This document shows, one piece after another, positions 43,921 to 53,610 of a stretch of DNA of 64,000 nt. The translations under genes and the position numbers were made by a program. The first letter of the stretch is position 1, and every line of letters starts with the position of its first letter. This DNA is from Bacteroidota bacterium. GTDB taxonomy: Bacteria > Bacteroidota > Bacteroidia > Chitinophagales > LD1. The stretch spans positions 268,389 through 332,388 of the forward strand of contig JADKJG010000002.1 in NCBI GenBank assembly GCA_016722375.1, written 5' to 3'. Under the pieces are notes generated by a model that had not been told where the DNA came from, searched no databases, and saw only the letters and a list, made by a program, of their open reading frames with translations.

Positions 43921-44901
43921 ATGTATACGCTAAAGGACCGAATATTTGCTGTAGATGAATTCTCTTTTGAGACTTTGGCTATTGAGCTATTTGCCTATCA
44001 GTATAGACAGGTGTCTATGTATAGGGCTTTCTGCGATTCGTTTAAAAAAAAGCCAGAGAATGTAAGGACTCTGGCTGATATCCCTTTCATCCCGATTGAT
44101 TTTTTCAAACGTCATCGTTTGTTGGCTGGCGAAATGGCAGATCAGAAAATCTTTGAAAGCAGTAGTACCACTGACACGGTTCCATCCTGTCATTATGTCG
44201 CAGATTTGACCGTTTATGAAGAAAGTTTCCTTAAAGGATTTGCGCAATTTTACGGAACACTACAGGATTACATTATTCTGGCATTGCTGCCTTCCTATTT
44301 GGAGCGAGAAACCTCATCTCTGGTGTATATGGTAAAGCAACTGATGGAGATAGGCAGAAATAAAGAGAGTGGTTTTTATCTACATGATTTTGAGAAATTA
44401 AAATCTACGTTGGAACAATTAAAGCAACAAAATAAAAAGGTAATACTCTGGGGGGTTACCTTTGCCTTGTTAGATTTCGTCGAAAAATATGCAACACATT
44501 TTCCAAAACTTATTGTGATGGAAACAGGAGGAATGAAGGGTAGGAGAAAGGAGATAACCCGTTTAGAGGTACACCAAATTTTAAGAAGGGCTTTCGGGGT
44601 GGACAAAATTCATTCGGAATATGGAATGACTGAATTATTGAGTCAGGCCTATTCACTGGGAGATGGCCGGTTCAATACACCACCGTGGATGAAAATTCTT
44701 GTGAGAGATATGGATGATCCACTAGGTATCGGAATAAGAGGCAGTGCAGGAGCATTGAACGTAGTGGATCTGGCGAACATCTATTCCTGTTCGTTTATAG
44801 CAACCGGTGATACAGGTATAGTTTATGACGACGGAAGTTTTGAAGTAACTGGTCGAATGGATTATACAGAAGTAAGGGGATGTAACTTAATGGTCCATTA
44901 A
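43921..44901 (+). CDS. LuxE-like acyl-protein synthetase / acyltransferase family protein
   Basis: 326 aa. N-terminus F...A..LF.YQY..V..YR.FC......P..V..L..IPFIPI.FFK, then SSGTT-like ESSSTT. Resembles the LuxE family that is widespread in Bacteroidota. Confidence 0.6.
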   Translation: MYTLKDRIFAVDEFSFETLAIELFAYQYRQVSMYRAFCDSFKKKPENVRTLADIPFIPIDFFKRHRLLAGEMADQKIFESSSTTDTVPSCHYVADLTVYEESFLKGFAQFYGTLQDYIILALLPSYLERETSSLVYMVKQLMEIGRNKESGFYLHDFEKLKSTLEQLKQQNKKVILWGVTFALLDFVEKYATHFPKLIVMETGGMKGRRKEITRLEVHQILRRAFGVDKIHSEYGMTELLSQAYSLGDGRFNTPPWMKILVRDMDDPLGIGIRGSAGALNVVDLANIYSCSFIATGDTGIVYDDGSFEVTGRMDYTEVRGCNLMVH

Positions 44902-44913
44902 TACTACGCAGCT

Positions 44914-45381
44914 ATGAAATGGATTAGAACTTCTTTTCCTTACCGACTTTATCAGACTGATAAACTTCTTTTTGCTGTTGTTGGCATATATGTTCTAGGC
45001 TTGGCTTACGGATGGCGTTTAGACCGGGAGGAATTTCCTTTTCTTCTTTATGGAATGTATTCGTTGAAAGAAGAGTCCAAGGCAACTTATTCCACCTATT
45101 CCATTGAATTTAATGGAAAGGAGTTGGATCAGAATTCGTTGCTAAATCCTAAGAAAGAATTGTTGATGACTACTACGGCTCATGTTGTTCCGTTGATGGA
45201 TTCTGTTTTGAAGGGAGAGGATAAGGAGTCTTTTGCAAGATGGCTATTGCGGTGTGGTGCTATTGGTAATAAAATGCACCACGATGAAGTGAATATTTAT
45301 AAGATGAAAGCTCTTTATGATGAAAGTGGGAGAATTAATTTAGTTCATCACGAAGCCATATTCTCTTATGCAGACTATTGA
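44914..45381 (+). CDS. Hypothetical protein with one predicted TM segment
   Basis: 155-aa ORF with a hydrophobic stretch LLFAVVGIYVLGLAYGW. Overlaps the next ORF by 14 nt, which suggests co-translation. No family recognised. Confidence 0.4.
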   Translation: MKWIRTSFPYRLYQTDKLLFAVVGIYVLGLAYGWRLDREEFPFLLYGMYSLKEESKATYSTYSIEFNGKELDQNSLLNPKKELLMTTTAHVVPLMDSVLKGEDKESFARWLLRCGAIGNKMHHDEVNIYKMKALYDESGRINLVHHEAIFSYADY

Positions 45382-46231
45382 GTTTCTAAAAGAATATCGT
45401 TGGAAAGCAAACTTCGTGTTTGCAGGAGCGCTCATGATTTTATGTTATCGGTGGATGAGTGACTCGCTCTTGAGTCAAATGGAACAACCTTTGTTTTTGT
45501 TTAAAGAAAGGGAAAGCGCCTATCTCTGGTTGCTTTCCTCCGGAGTGCCGCAGTGGATTAGTTCGAACACCATAGCTGCGGTGACCTTTGACTCAGCTCT
45601 ATTCCTTTTTCCAATGTTGTTTCTTCTTAGTCAAAGAAGAGTTTTTAGTGTCCTTTTTTCAATATTGCTGTTGTTTTACTTTATGACCTTTAATTTGGTA
45701 ACCGGGCATCATTATCATTCTCTTACCGGTTTGATTGTAATAACTATTCCTTTTTGGTTTCGAAAAGAGGAGAAATTTCATGTAGCCTGGGAATTGGCAA
45801 GGTATTATCTACTTTACATTTTTGCTTCGGCTGCTCTATGGAAAATCACCAGAGGCTCCGCATTTTATGAACCACAACTTTCTGAAATTCTGAAATCGCA
45901 GCAATTATATCTGCTAATTCAGCAACCAGATTCTCTTCATGCACGATTGGTTCAATATTTGATAGCCAATGTTCAAATATCCCATGCGTTGTTACTTGCT
46001 AACGTGGTATTGCAACTGAGTTTTGTTGTTGGATTCTTTACGAAAAGATTTGACAGTATTTTATTCTGGCTAGCTATCCTATTCTGTATCGCGAATTATT
46101 TGGTGATGAGCATTTTCTCCTTCGAACTGCTCATATTGAATCTCAGCTTACTGGATTGGAAGAACAGTAAAATGATTATTAAATCAGACCTTAGCGGTCT
46201 TCGCTCTCAACCAGTGATCAGCAATCACTAA
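45368..46231 (+). CDS. Hypothetical polytopic membrane protein
   Basis: 287 aa with about 7-8 hydrophobic segments. No family recognised from sequence alone. Confidence 0.45.
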   Translation: MQTIEFLKEYRWKANFVFAGALMILCYRWMSDSLLSQMEQPLFLFKERESAYLWLLSSGVPQWISSNTIAAVTFDSALFLFPMLFLLSQRRVFSVLFSILLLFYFMTFNLVTGHHYHSLTGLIVITIPFWFRKEEKFHVAWELARYYLLYIFASAALWKITRGSAFYEPQLSEILKSQQLYLLIQQPDSLHARLVQYLIANVQISHALLLANVVLQLSFVVGFFTKRFDSILFWLAILFCIANYLVMSIFSFELLILNLSLLDWKNSKMIIKSDLSGLRSQPVISNH

Positions 46232-47269
46232 GGCGGCCATTGCTTCAACAATGGGAACAGCCCGGGGCACCACACAGGGGTCGTGTCTGCCTTTTCCTTT
46301 CAATTCTACTTCATTGCCTTCCTTATCCACAGAAGATTGTGATTGCATAATGGTAGCAACCGGTTTGAACGCTACGTTAAAGTAGATGTCCTCACCATTG
46401 CTAATTCCACCTTGTACACCGCCCGAATGATTCGTTTTTGTCTTGATTCTATTTTTGGAATCGGCGATAAAAATATCGTTGTTATCACTGCCGAAATGGG
46501 AGGCTCCTTCAAAGCCACTTCCATATTCAAAACCCTGAACCGCGTTGATGGAAAGCATAGCCTTACCTAAGTCTGCATGAAGTTTATCAAAAACCGGCTC
46601 TCCCAATCCTACCGGACAGTTTTTTATCACTCCGGTTATAATTCCACCTACGGTATCGCCTTTTGCCTTGGTTTCTTTGATGAAATCAATCATTCGGTTA
46701 GCCGTGGTTTCATCGGGGCAGCGAATGATGTTGGTATCTATTTTACTTAAATCAAGCTCTGAGTAGTTTTTGCTAAGCCGTATTTGGCCTACTGCTGAGA
46801 CAAAGGAGTAAATTTCAATCCCTGCTTTCTTCTGCAATAGCTCTTTAGCAATAGCTCCGGCAACTACTCTTGCTGCGGTTTCGCGGGCACTGGATCTGCC
46901 GCCGCCCCGATGATCTCGGATGCCGTATTTCATTTCATAAGTATAGTCTGCATGAGATGGACGAAAAGCATCCTTCAAATGACCGTAGTCATCCGACTTT
47001 TGGTCTTCATTGGGAGTGATAATTGCAATTGGAGAGCCCAAAGTTTTCCCTTCAAAAACACCGGAGAGAATCTGGAAAGTATCGCTTTCCTTTCTTTGAG
47101 TAGTGATGGACGACTGCCCCGGTTTGCGCCTGTCCAGTTCATTTTGAAGAAAGTCTAGATTAATTTCTAGCCCGGCAGGACAGCCATCAATAATCACACC
47201 TATTGCCTTGCCGTGACTTTCACCAAAGGTGGTGATTCTGAAAATTTCCCCAATACTATTTCCTGCCAT
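46184..47269 (-). CDS. aroC: Chorismate synthase
   Basis: [33 protein letters not shown], and [19 protein letters not shown]. The first 27 codons of the six-frame ORF (to 47350) are treated as a non-coding extension. Confidence 0.92.
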   Translation of the reverse strand: MAGNSIGEIFRITTFGESHGKAIGVIIDGCPAGLEINLDFLQNELDRRKPGQSSITTQRKESDTFQILSGVFEGKTLGSPIAIITPNEDQKSDDYGHLKDAFRPSHADYTYEMKYGIRDHRGGGRSSARETAARVVAGAIAKELLQKKAGIEIYSFVSAVGQIRLSKNYSELDLSKIDTNIIRCPDETTANRMIDFIKETKAKGDTVGGIITGVIKNCPVGLGEPVFDKLHADLGKAMLSINAVQGFEYGSGFEGASHFGSDNNDIFIADSKNRIKTKTNHSGGVQGGISNGEDIYFNVAFKPVATIMQSQSSVDKEGNEVELKGKGRHDPCVVPRAVPIVEAMAALVIADHWLRAKTAKV

Positions 47270-47386
47270 ATTGGTGGTGAAAATAGAAGATATTAATAGT
47301 ACACCAATCACATTCCGAACCTTCCCTAATAAAGAAAAGGTCGCCCGCAAAGCGGACGACCTTTTTCAATTAAATCTTCAAATCTA

Positions 47387-48319
47387 TTAGAACCAATAAG
47401 AGACCACTCTGGTTTTTACAATACCGTTTTTAGTATAGGTAATTTTGAATCCATAAGCACATCCGCTGCTGATTGGATTGCCATTGTTATCCACTCCAAA
47501 CACCACATTTACATTTTTCGTTCCTACGTTATGATTGACTTCGCCTTGAACAGGTTTGAGCCATCCACAATTGTTATTCGACACCAAAGGAGTAGTGATC
47601 GAATTGATAAAGGATACGCCATTCCGGTTCGTTCCCCATGAATCGGCGTTGACCACGCCGCCCTCTGTATGGTCAGAGGAAAGAGTGATAGTTTTTATTC
47701 CGTTAGCGAATGTATAGGTGCGCAAGCGATTCACGCTCCAAGTCCTTTGAGCGCCGTTGGGCAAGGTCAGGGAGAAATTATTGGCGGTGTGACGAATAGC
47801 TACTGGGCCGGGCTCCAGTCCACTCATCACCTTCCCGGGTCTGCCACCGGTTTCGTTGGTAAGAAAGTGGGTGCCATTCAAGGTTACTGATTTGCCGTTC
47901 AGCTTGCTTACGTTTACAGAATCGAATAAAACTTCTAGAACCGTTCCCTGATCTTTCCAACGGCTACCATTGGCATATCCTTGAACAGTAAGGGTGATAG
48001 AACCAGTACGCTTGATCCCGTTTGGACAAACTGTACCATTGTAATTAATAACGACAATACCCGCCGATTTTTGGCTGGTGTCAATATCAGCACCACAAAT
48101 ACCGATCATCCCATCTGTTTTGCCTGAAAGAGCCTCGACACCGTCGGCAACATTTCCTGCATCATCAACAGAATAATCTAAGGCGGAAGAAACGTCGGAG
48201 TTATCTTCAGCGCTGTAACTGTCGTCAACGAGTAATGAAGACTCTTTTTGGCAACTAGTGAAAAATAGCACGGCTGAGGCAATCAGCATCAGCGGCAAGG
48301 TTTGAATTTTTGTTTTCAT
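47387..48319 (-). CDS. Hypothetical lipoprotein
   Basis: 310 aa. Lipobox AVLFFTSCQKES. No recognisable family. Confidence 0.5.
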   Translation of the reverse strand: MKTKIQTLPLMLIASAVLFFTSCQKESSLLVDDSYSAEDNSDVSSALDYSVDDAGNVADGVEALSGKTDGMIGICGADIDTSQKSAGIVVINYNGTVCPNGIKRTGSITLTVQGYANGSRWKDQGTVLEVLFDSVNVSKLNGKSVTLNGTHFLTNETGGRPGKVMSGLEPGPVAIRHTANNFSLTLPNGAQRTWSVNRLRTYTFANGIKTITLSSDHTEGGVVNADSWGTNRNGVSFINSITTPLVSNNNCGWLKPVQGEVNHNVGTKNVNVVFGVDNNGNPISSGCAYGFKITYTKNGIVKTRVVSYWF

Positions 48320-48836
48320 GATTTCTGGTTTTTTTTTAGTAATTGGCTTATGACCAATACAAAGGAATAAGGTTTAATCACTATGAAATATTTTATTCGA
48401 AATTAATTTCTACAATTATTCCCAATTGTTAATTTTATAGAGACTTCTTGGTATTTATCTAGGCTGATAAGGATTGTTTAGCCGATGAAAGAAAAACCTA
48501 TTTGGCAGGATAGAGTTGCTATTTCTTATCTATCGCTCCACCCTCCTAGGTTAGTTAGGCTGATCATAATCCTTGTCCGAAGACTTACATCGAAAAGGAT
48601 ACAACTATAGTTATGGATCTGGCTTTTCTGTTTTACTGCATTCTGAAAGATTGTCCCCTTCTCGTTATGTATTTAGCCGCCCCATTTCGATTTAGTATCT
48701 ATCTACAACGATTCGTCACTTATTGGTGAGAAGCAAATGCTTATCAGCAGCTATTTTGTGTGTTTTAGCTACGAGCAGGAGTCAAGTAGCTATTCGCAAT
48801 AGGCATAGCATGAGTTGATTTTCATAAAATTTCACC

Positions 48837-49067
48837 AGCCCTGTACTGGAATCTATAGATCCTGAACAGGAATCTTCAAAATCTGTACGGGAATTATAAA
48901 TTCCCGTACAGATTTTGATAAATCCTGAGCAAGAATTGACGAATCCTGTTCAGGAACTAATGAAACCTGTACAAGAATCATAAATTCCTGTACAGAAAAC
49001 GATAAATCCTGTACAGGAATGGTCAATTCCCGGACAGAAACCTGAAATTCCTGTACAGAACTGGTAT
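48837..49067. repeat. Tandem array A4: 11 units of 21 bp, consensus AWTCCTGTACAGGAANNNNNA
   Basis: Units start at 48837, 48858 ... 49047 in strict register. The core TCCTGTACAGGA is a 12-nt palindrome. Units 3 and 4 are mutual reverse complements and form a 20-bp perfect hairpin (48876-48918). Confidence 0.9.
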
Positions 49068-49235
49068 TAAATTAGATTCCTGACTTGCCAATTGAAGCAC
49101 AATAGATGTGAAAGGAGGCCAAAATGGATATGTTTTATTCAAAAAACAGGCAAAACTGTATGTCTCATGCGGTTAATTCCACAAACAAGCCAAAGCCAGA
49201 GGAGTTTCGTCCGAAACATAATCTGAAATTCTTGC

Positions 49236-49571
49236 CTACCCGCCTTTTCTTTTGGTTTTATAACCCAAAGTATTCAGAATAGTTATGACCTGCTCCCGTT
49301 TTTCTCCCTGCACTAAAATAATTCCATCCTTCACGGTGCCGCCAGTGCCACATTTGGTTTTTAGGAGTTTACCCAATTCATTCAATTCAGCATCCTTTCC
49401 TTTAAAATTATCTATGATGGTAGCCACTTTTCCTCCCTTGTTTCTTTCAAGCGAAACATAAAGTGTTTGCTGTGTGGCGGAAATGCTTTCCTCTTCCCTA
49501 CTTTCTTCTGCCTTATTAAGGTCAGGGTTCGTTGAATAAACTACTCTGTTTTTATCGTGTTGGTTTTTCAT
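49236..49571 (-). CDS. Translation initiation factor SUI1/YciH family
   Basis: 111 aa. KGGKVATIIDNF..., LKTKCGTGGTVKDG.I.VQGEKREQV...L...GY. Confidence 0.85.
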   Translation of the reverse strand: MKNQHDKNRVVYSTNPDLNKAEESREEESISATQQTLYVSLERNKGGKVATIIDNFKGKDAELNELGKLLKTKCGTGGTVKDGIILVQGEKREQVITILNTLGYKTKRKGG

Positions 49572-49642
49572 AAGCGTCCTCCGGTAGAATCTAAATAGTT
49601 GGTGGCAGATAATACATACCCTATTTCTGGTGTCGGAATAAT

Positions 49643-50550
49643 CTAATAGGCGTTTAGGTTTTTGGGCACAATGACATCAATGCAATTGGGCATCACTTCA
49701 AAGGTAATATCTCCATGATGGATAACTGAATCTCCATCAAACTGATAGTTCATTTTCTTATTTCCGAAGATAGTGACTTTTCGGGCTCGATAACACTCGG
49801 CTTCTTTAATTAAATCTGCTCGTTTCAGAAAAAGGCAAAACAGTATGTAAGGCAATTTCCAGATAGGAAACTTGCTCAATACAATCACATCCATTATACC
49901 ATCCTTCAAACTGGTGAAAGGGAAAATGCCAAAGTTATAGCCGTATTGGTTGGCGTTAAAAGCCGTAAACAGATAGATCGGCTTTTCAATCAGTACGTCG
50001 TCTATTTCTATTTTGGCATCCACCGGCTTGAAGTAAAATAGTATCTCCGTGATGACGGCACCTGCGTAGGAAAAGAATCCGCGAATCCGGTGGTGCCTAA
50101 ACCGACGGGCTACGGAAGAATCAATACCGAAACCAGCATTGCTGACGAAATATCGGAGATTGGATTTCACTAAATCCATCTTAACCACCTTACCGGTATT
50201 TAATACTTCAATAGACCCTTTGGTATAGCGCGGGGGGATCTTGAGATGAGTGCCAAAGCCATTTCCTGAACCGCAGGGGATAATTCCGAGGATAGTTTTG
50301 TGCCAACCAAAGCCTGTGCTACTTCATTAATAGAGCCATCGCCACCCACAGCCACTACCACCTCGAACCCTTCCTTTACTGCTTGCTCTGACAACAGTTT
50401 TGCATGTCCGGCATATTCGGTGAGGCGGATGGTATAATGGTATTTTTCCTGGTCTATATACTTTGCAATCTTCTCAGGTATATGGTCCTTTTTATAAACA
50501 CCTGACACCGGATTTATAATGAAGAGTATTTTCTTAGAGGCTGAAGACAT
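49643..50550 (-). pseudogene. Diacylglycerol/lipid kinase family protein (YegS-like), frameshifted in a 4-nt homopolymer (50296-50299)
   Basis: The ORF 50200..50550 has KILFIINPVSG and VAVGGDGSINEV. After ALVGTK the alternate frame reads TILGIIPCGSGNGFGTHLKIP... and runs straight into the ORF 49643..50188. Confidence 0.8.
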
Positions 50551-50580
50551 CGGTGACGAAGATATTATTCCAGTTAGAAT

Positions 50581-51441
50581 TTAAAAGGCTTTCAAGCTCA
50601 GGTCTAAGCTGGATGATGAATGGGTCAGTGCTCCAACAGAAATGAAATCTACACCGGTCTCTGCAAATGGTAGTACCGTCTCCATCGTGATTCCGCCCGA
50701 TGCCTCTGTTTCGTATTGATGGTTGACCATTTGGACAGCTTGGTTCATGTCTTCGATTTCGAAATTGTCAAACATTATTCGGTGAATATTTCCGACGGCT
50801 AAAATTTCTTCCACGTTCTTTAAACTTCTGGTTTCTACTTCTACTCGTAGATTCAGTTGGTTCTTCTCCTGATATGCTCGCACCGCAAGAATGGCAGGAC
50901 GAATCCCTCCACAAAAATCTATATGGTTATCCTTGAGCATAATCATATCATATAAACCATAGCGATGGTTCTGCCCTCCTCCGATACGCACCGCCCATTT
51001 TTCAAAGAAACGGAAGTTGGGAGTTGTTTTACGGGTATCAAGAATTGTGGCATGAGTGCCACTTACTTGATTTACATACTTGGAAGTATTAGTGGCAATA
51101 CCGCTCATCCGTTGCATGAAATTAAGTCACACCCTTTCCGCTCTTAGAATTGATTTCACCTCGCCGTATAATTTAAAAGCGATGTCGCCCGGCTGTATTA
51201 CTGCGCCATCTTCCAGATATTTTTCAAATCGCAACTGCTCATCCACTCTCTGACAAACCATCTCTGCCAAAGCCACGCCGGCCAATATTCCATTTGCCTT
51301 ACACAATAAATGCGCTTTCCCCTCTTTCTTATTTGGGATGCAAGCCAGAGATGAGTGGTCGCCGGAAGGAATCATGCCTTCATAATCCACCACATCCTCA
51401 GCAAGTGCTTGATCAATAAACTGATTTATTGGGAAATTCAT
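50581..51441 (-). pseudogene. nadC: Nicotinate-nucleotide pyrophosphorylase (carboxylating), interrupted by an in-frame TGA at 51127-51129
   Basis: The upstream part ends ...KSILRAERV-TGA. The same frame continues LNFMQRMSGIATNT...ILDTRKTTPNFR...GGGQNHRYGLYD. The likely start is the ATG at 51441 (MNFPINQFIDQALAEDV). Confidence 0.85.
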
Positions 51442-51526
51442 ATCCAATTGATTGAGGTGTGAATTAAAAAATAAATGGCGAAGCAAATGCTTCGCCATTT
51501 TCAAATTTCTTATTTCTCCGTCTTTT

Positions 51527-51931
51527 TTATTGATCTATCCTTATTTCCTGAATGGCTAATTTGCCTGCCATAGTCTTGGCATATACATAGGTTCGATATA
51601 TCCCCGTCGAAGCAGACATATTAGCTATAAAATACTTTGCCCCTTCGGGTGAAGTTCCTTGGTGCACTAAGGCAAAAGATTTGGGTGAGTTTGTATTGAA
51701 AAAATCTCGCATCACCATCTCTGCCTGGTTCTTGCTATATGAATTACCGGAACTTTTAATTGTGATTTCGACATACGAATCAAAATTAGATGCCAGAGCC
51801 GAAGCATCACCGCTTTTAAAAGAATTCATTATGCTTTCAAACCCTTGTGCTTTCAGACTTATTGTCCCAGAAAGCAATATAAGAAAGAGGAAAAACGCTC
51901 TCTTTAATCTATTGTTAATCATCTTATTCAT
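51527..51931 (-). CDS. DUF4783 domain-containing secreted protein
   Basis: Signal peptide MNKMINNRLKRAFFLFLILLSGTISLKAQG. The body (SGDASALASNFDSYVEITI...SKNQAEMVMRDFF) resembles DUF4783. Confidence 0.55.
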   Translation of the reverse strand: MNKMINNRLKRAFFLFLILLSGTISLKAQGFESIMNSFKSGDASALASNFDSYVEITIKSSGNSYSKNQAEMVMRDFFNTNSPKSFALVHQGTSPEGAKYFIANMSASTGIYRTYVYAKTMAGKLAIQEIRIDQ

Positions 51932-52017
51932 TGTACAACGAACAAAGCGAGAATTGTGCCAAAAATTTCTGACCGATTTCATCCTGTAAAAATACTAATT
52001 AGGATAACTTTGCCCCA

Positions 52018-53542
52018 ATGAGCAAGAAAGTTATCCTCATCATCATGGATGGTTGGGGTCATGGACCGGATCCGGATAGGAGTGCGATTGCGCAAGCAGA
52101 CACTCCGTTTATTGACCATCTTTATCAAACGTATCCATATACCGAATTGGTGACTCATAGCGAATCTGTGGGGCTGCCCGCCGGGCAGATGGGAAACTCG
52201 GAGGTTGGCCATCTCAATATCGGTGCTGGTCGAATCGTTTATCAAGAATTGATGCGCATAAACAATGCCATTGAGGATGGTTCACTTGCGCAAAATGCAC
52301 CACTTCTTTCCGTTATTAACTATTGTAAACAGAACAAAAAGCCGCTGCATTTCATCGGGCTGGTTTCTGACGGAGGAGTTCATTCTCATATCAATCATCT
52401 GAAAGCATTGTGTGACATTGCAAAGGCAAATGGTTTAGAGAAGAAGGATGTGTTCATCCATGCTTTTACGGACGGGAGAGATTGTGATCCCAAGAGCGGC
52501 CTTCGGTTTCTCAAAGAACTAGATACTTATCTGCAACAATCTGTCGGGCAAATTGCTTCCGTTTGCGGAAGATATTACGCCATGGATCGCGACAATCGGT
52601 GGGAACGGGTTAAACTGGCTTATGATTTGTTGGTCAACGGAATAGGAGAGAAGGCGGTAGATATTTTTAAGGCAATAGAAGAAAGCTACGCAAACGGTGT
52701 GACAGATGAGTTCATCAAACCGATTGTGAGGACGAATGACAAAGGGGAACCTTATGCTACAATTTCGGATGATGATGCGGTGATCTGCTTCAACTTTCGT
52801 ACGGATCGGTGCCGCGAAATTACCAAGGCATTAACCCAATTCGATTACCCGGAACAGAACATGAAAAAGAAACAGCTTCACTATACTACGATGACTGTTT
52901 ATGATCATACGTTTCAACAGGTAGGAAACATATTTGATAATGACGACCTCCAGATGACTCTGGGAGAAGTTCTTTCCATCAACAAAGACACAGGTGCGTG
53001 CCGCTGAAACAGAAAAATATCCTCACGTCACATTCTTTTTTTCCGGTGGAAGAGAATTGGAGTTTGAAGGCGAAACCAGACTAATGGCTTCTTCGCCCAA
53101 AGTGCCGACCTATGATTTGCAACCTGAAATGAGTGCCTTACCACTCACCGAAAAGGTATTGAAAGAAATCGAGACAAATCTTCCTGATTTTGTTTGCCTC
53201 AATTTTGCCAATGCCGATATGGTAGGTCATACCGGTGTTTTCTCTGCGGCCATCAAGGCTGTTGAAACGGTGGACTCCTGCGTGGAAAAAATTGCCAACC
53301 TCGGGATGAAAAATGACTACACTATTCTGATCACAGCAGATCATGGCAATGCAGATTTTATGATTAATGACGATGGTAGTCCAAACACCGCCCATACACT
53401 GAACCCTGTTCCGTTCTTTTTGATAGATAAGAATACGAAGCCCGTTCTGCACACCGGAAAACTAGCTGACATTGCCCCAACAATTTTAAAGTTGATGGGC
53501 ATTCCACAACCGGAGGAAATGACGGCAGTAAGTCTGTATTAG
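52018..53542 (+). pseudogene. gpmI: 2,3-bisphosphoglycerate-independent phosphoglycerate mutase, frameshifted near the A-run 52984-52986
   Basis: The ORF 52018..53007 (ILIIMDGWG, GNSEVGHLNIGAGR, SDGGVHSH) and the ORF 52994..53542 (AETEKYPHVTFFFSGG, ADMVGHTG, TADHGNA) are consecutive parts of one enzyme in different frames. Confidence 0.9.
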
Positions 53543-53558
53543 AGGTTTGATGACCTCT
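53541..53558. terminator. Short stem-loop AGAGGT-TTGATG-ACCTCT between convergent gpmI and pruA
   Basis: 6-bp inverted repeat that overlaps the gpmI stop codon. Weak evidence. Confidence 0.25.
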
Positions 53559-53610
53559 TAAAGGCTATCTGCTGCTTGCAACTACAGAAACCGAATAATC
53601 AGATTTGAAT

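Noticed and set aside
46184-46231. The 48-nt convergent overlap of aroC and the membrane-protein ORF as a regulatory feature.
   Set aside because: Short convergent 3' overlaps are common. The last codons of the hypothetical membrane ORF may simply be non-conserved tail. Nothing else in the sequence supports a function.
46323-46331. A perfect DnaA-box consensus TTATCCACA as a replication-origin signal. I also considered the arrays as oriC iterons.
   Set aside because: It is a single isolated box inside the aroC coding sequence. I saw no cluster of DnaA boxes, no AT-rich unwinding element and no dnaA/dnaN context near any array.
48808-48821. A shared 14-mer, GCATGAGTTGATT-type, between 48808 and 61069 as a dispersed element.
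   Set aside because: A single 13-14-nt match between two sites in 64 kb on both strands is expected by chance, and there is no extended flanking similarity.
48320-48836. tmRNA, RNase P RNA, SRP RNA or a riboswitch in the long ORF-free region.
   Set aside because: I could not find the hallmark motifs by eye on either strand. These include the tmRNA GGGGCUGA 5' end with a tRNA-like CCA 3' end and ANDENYALAA-type tag frame, and the RNase P GAGGAAAGUCC box. The region is left as unexplained rather than called.
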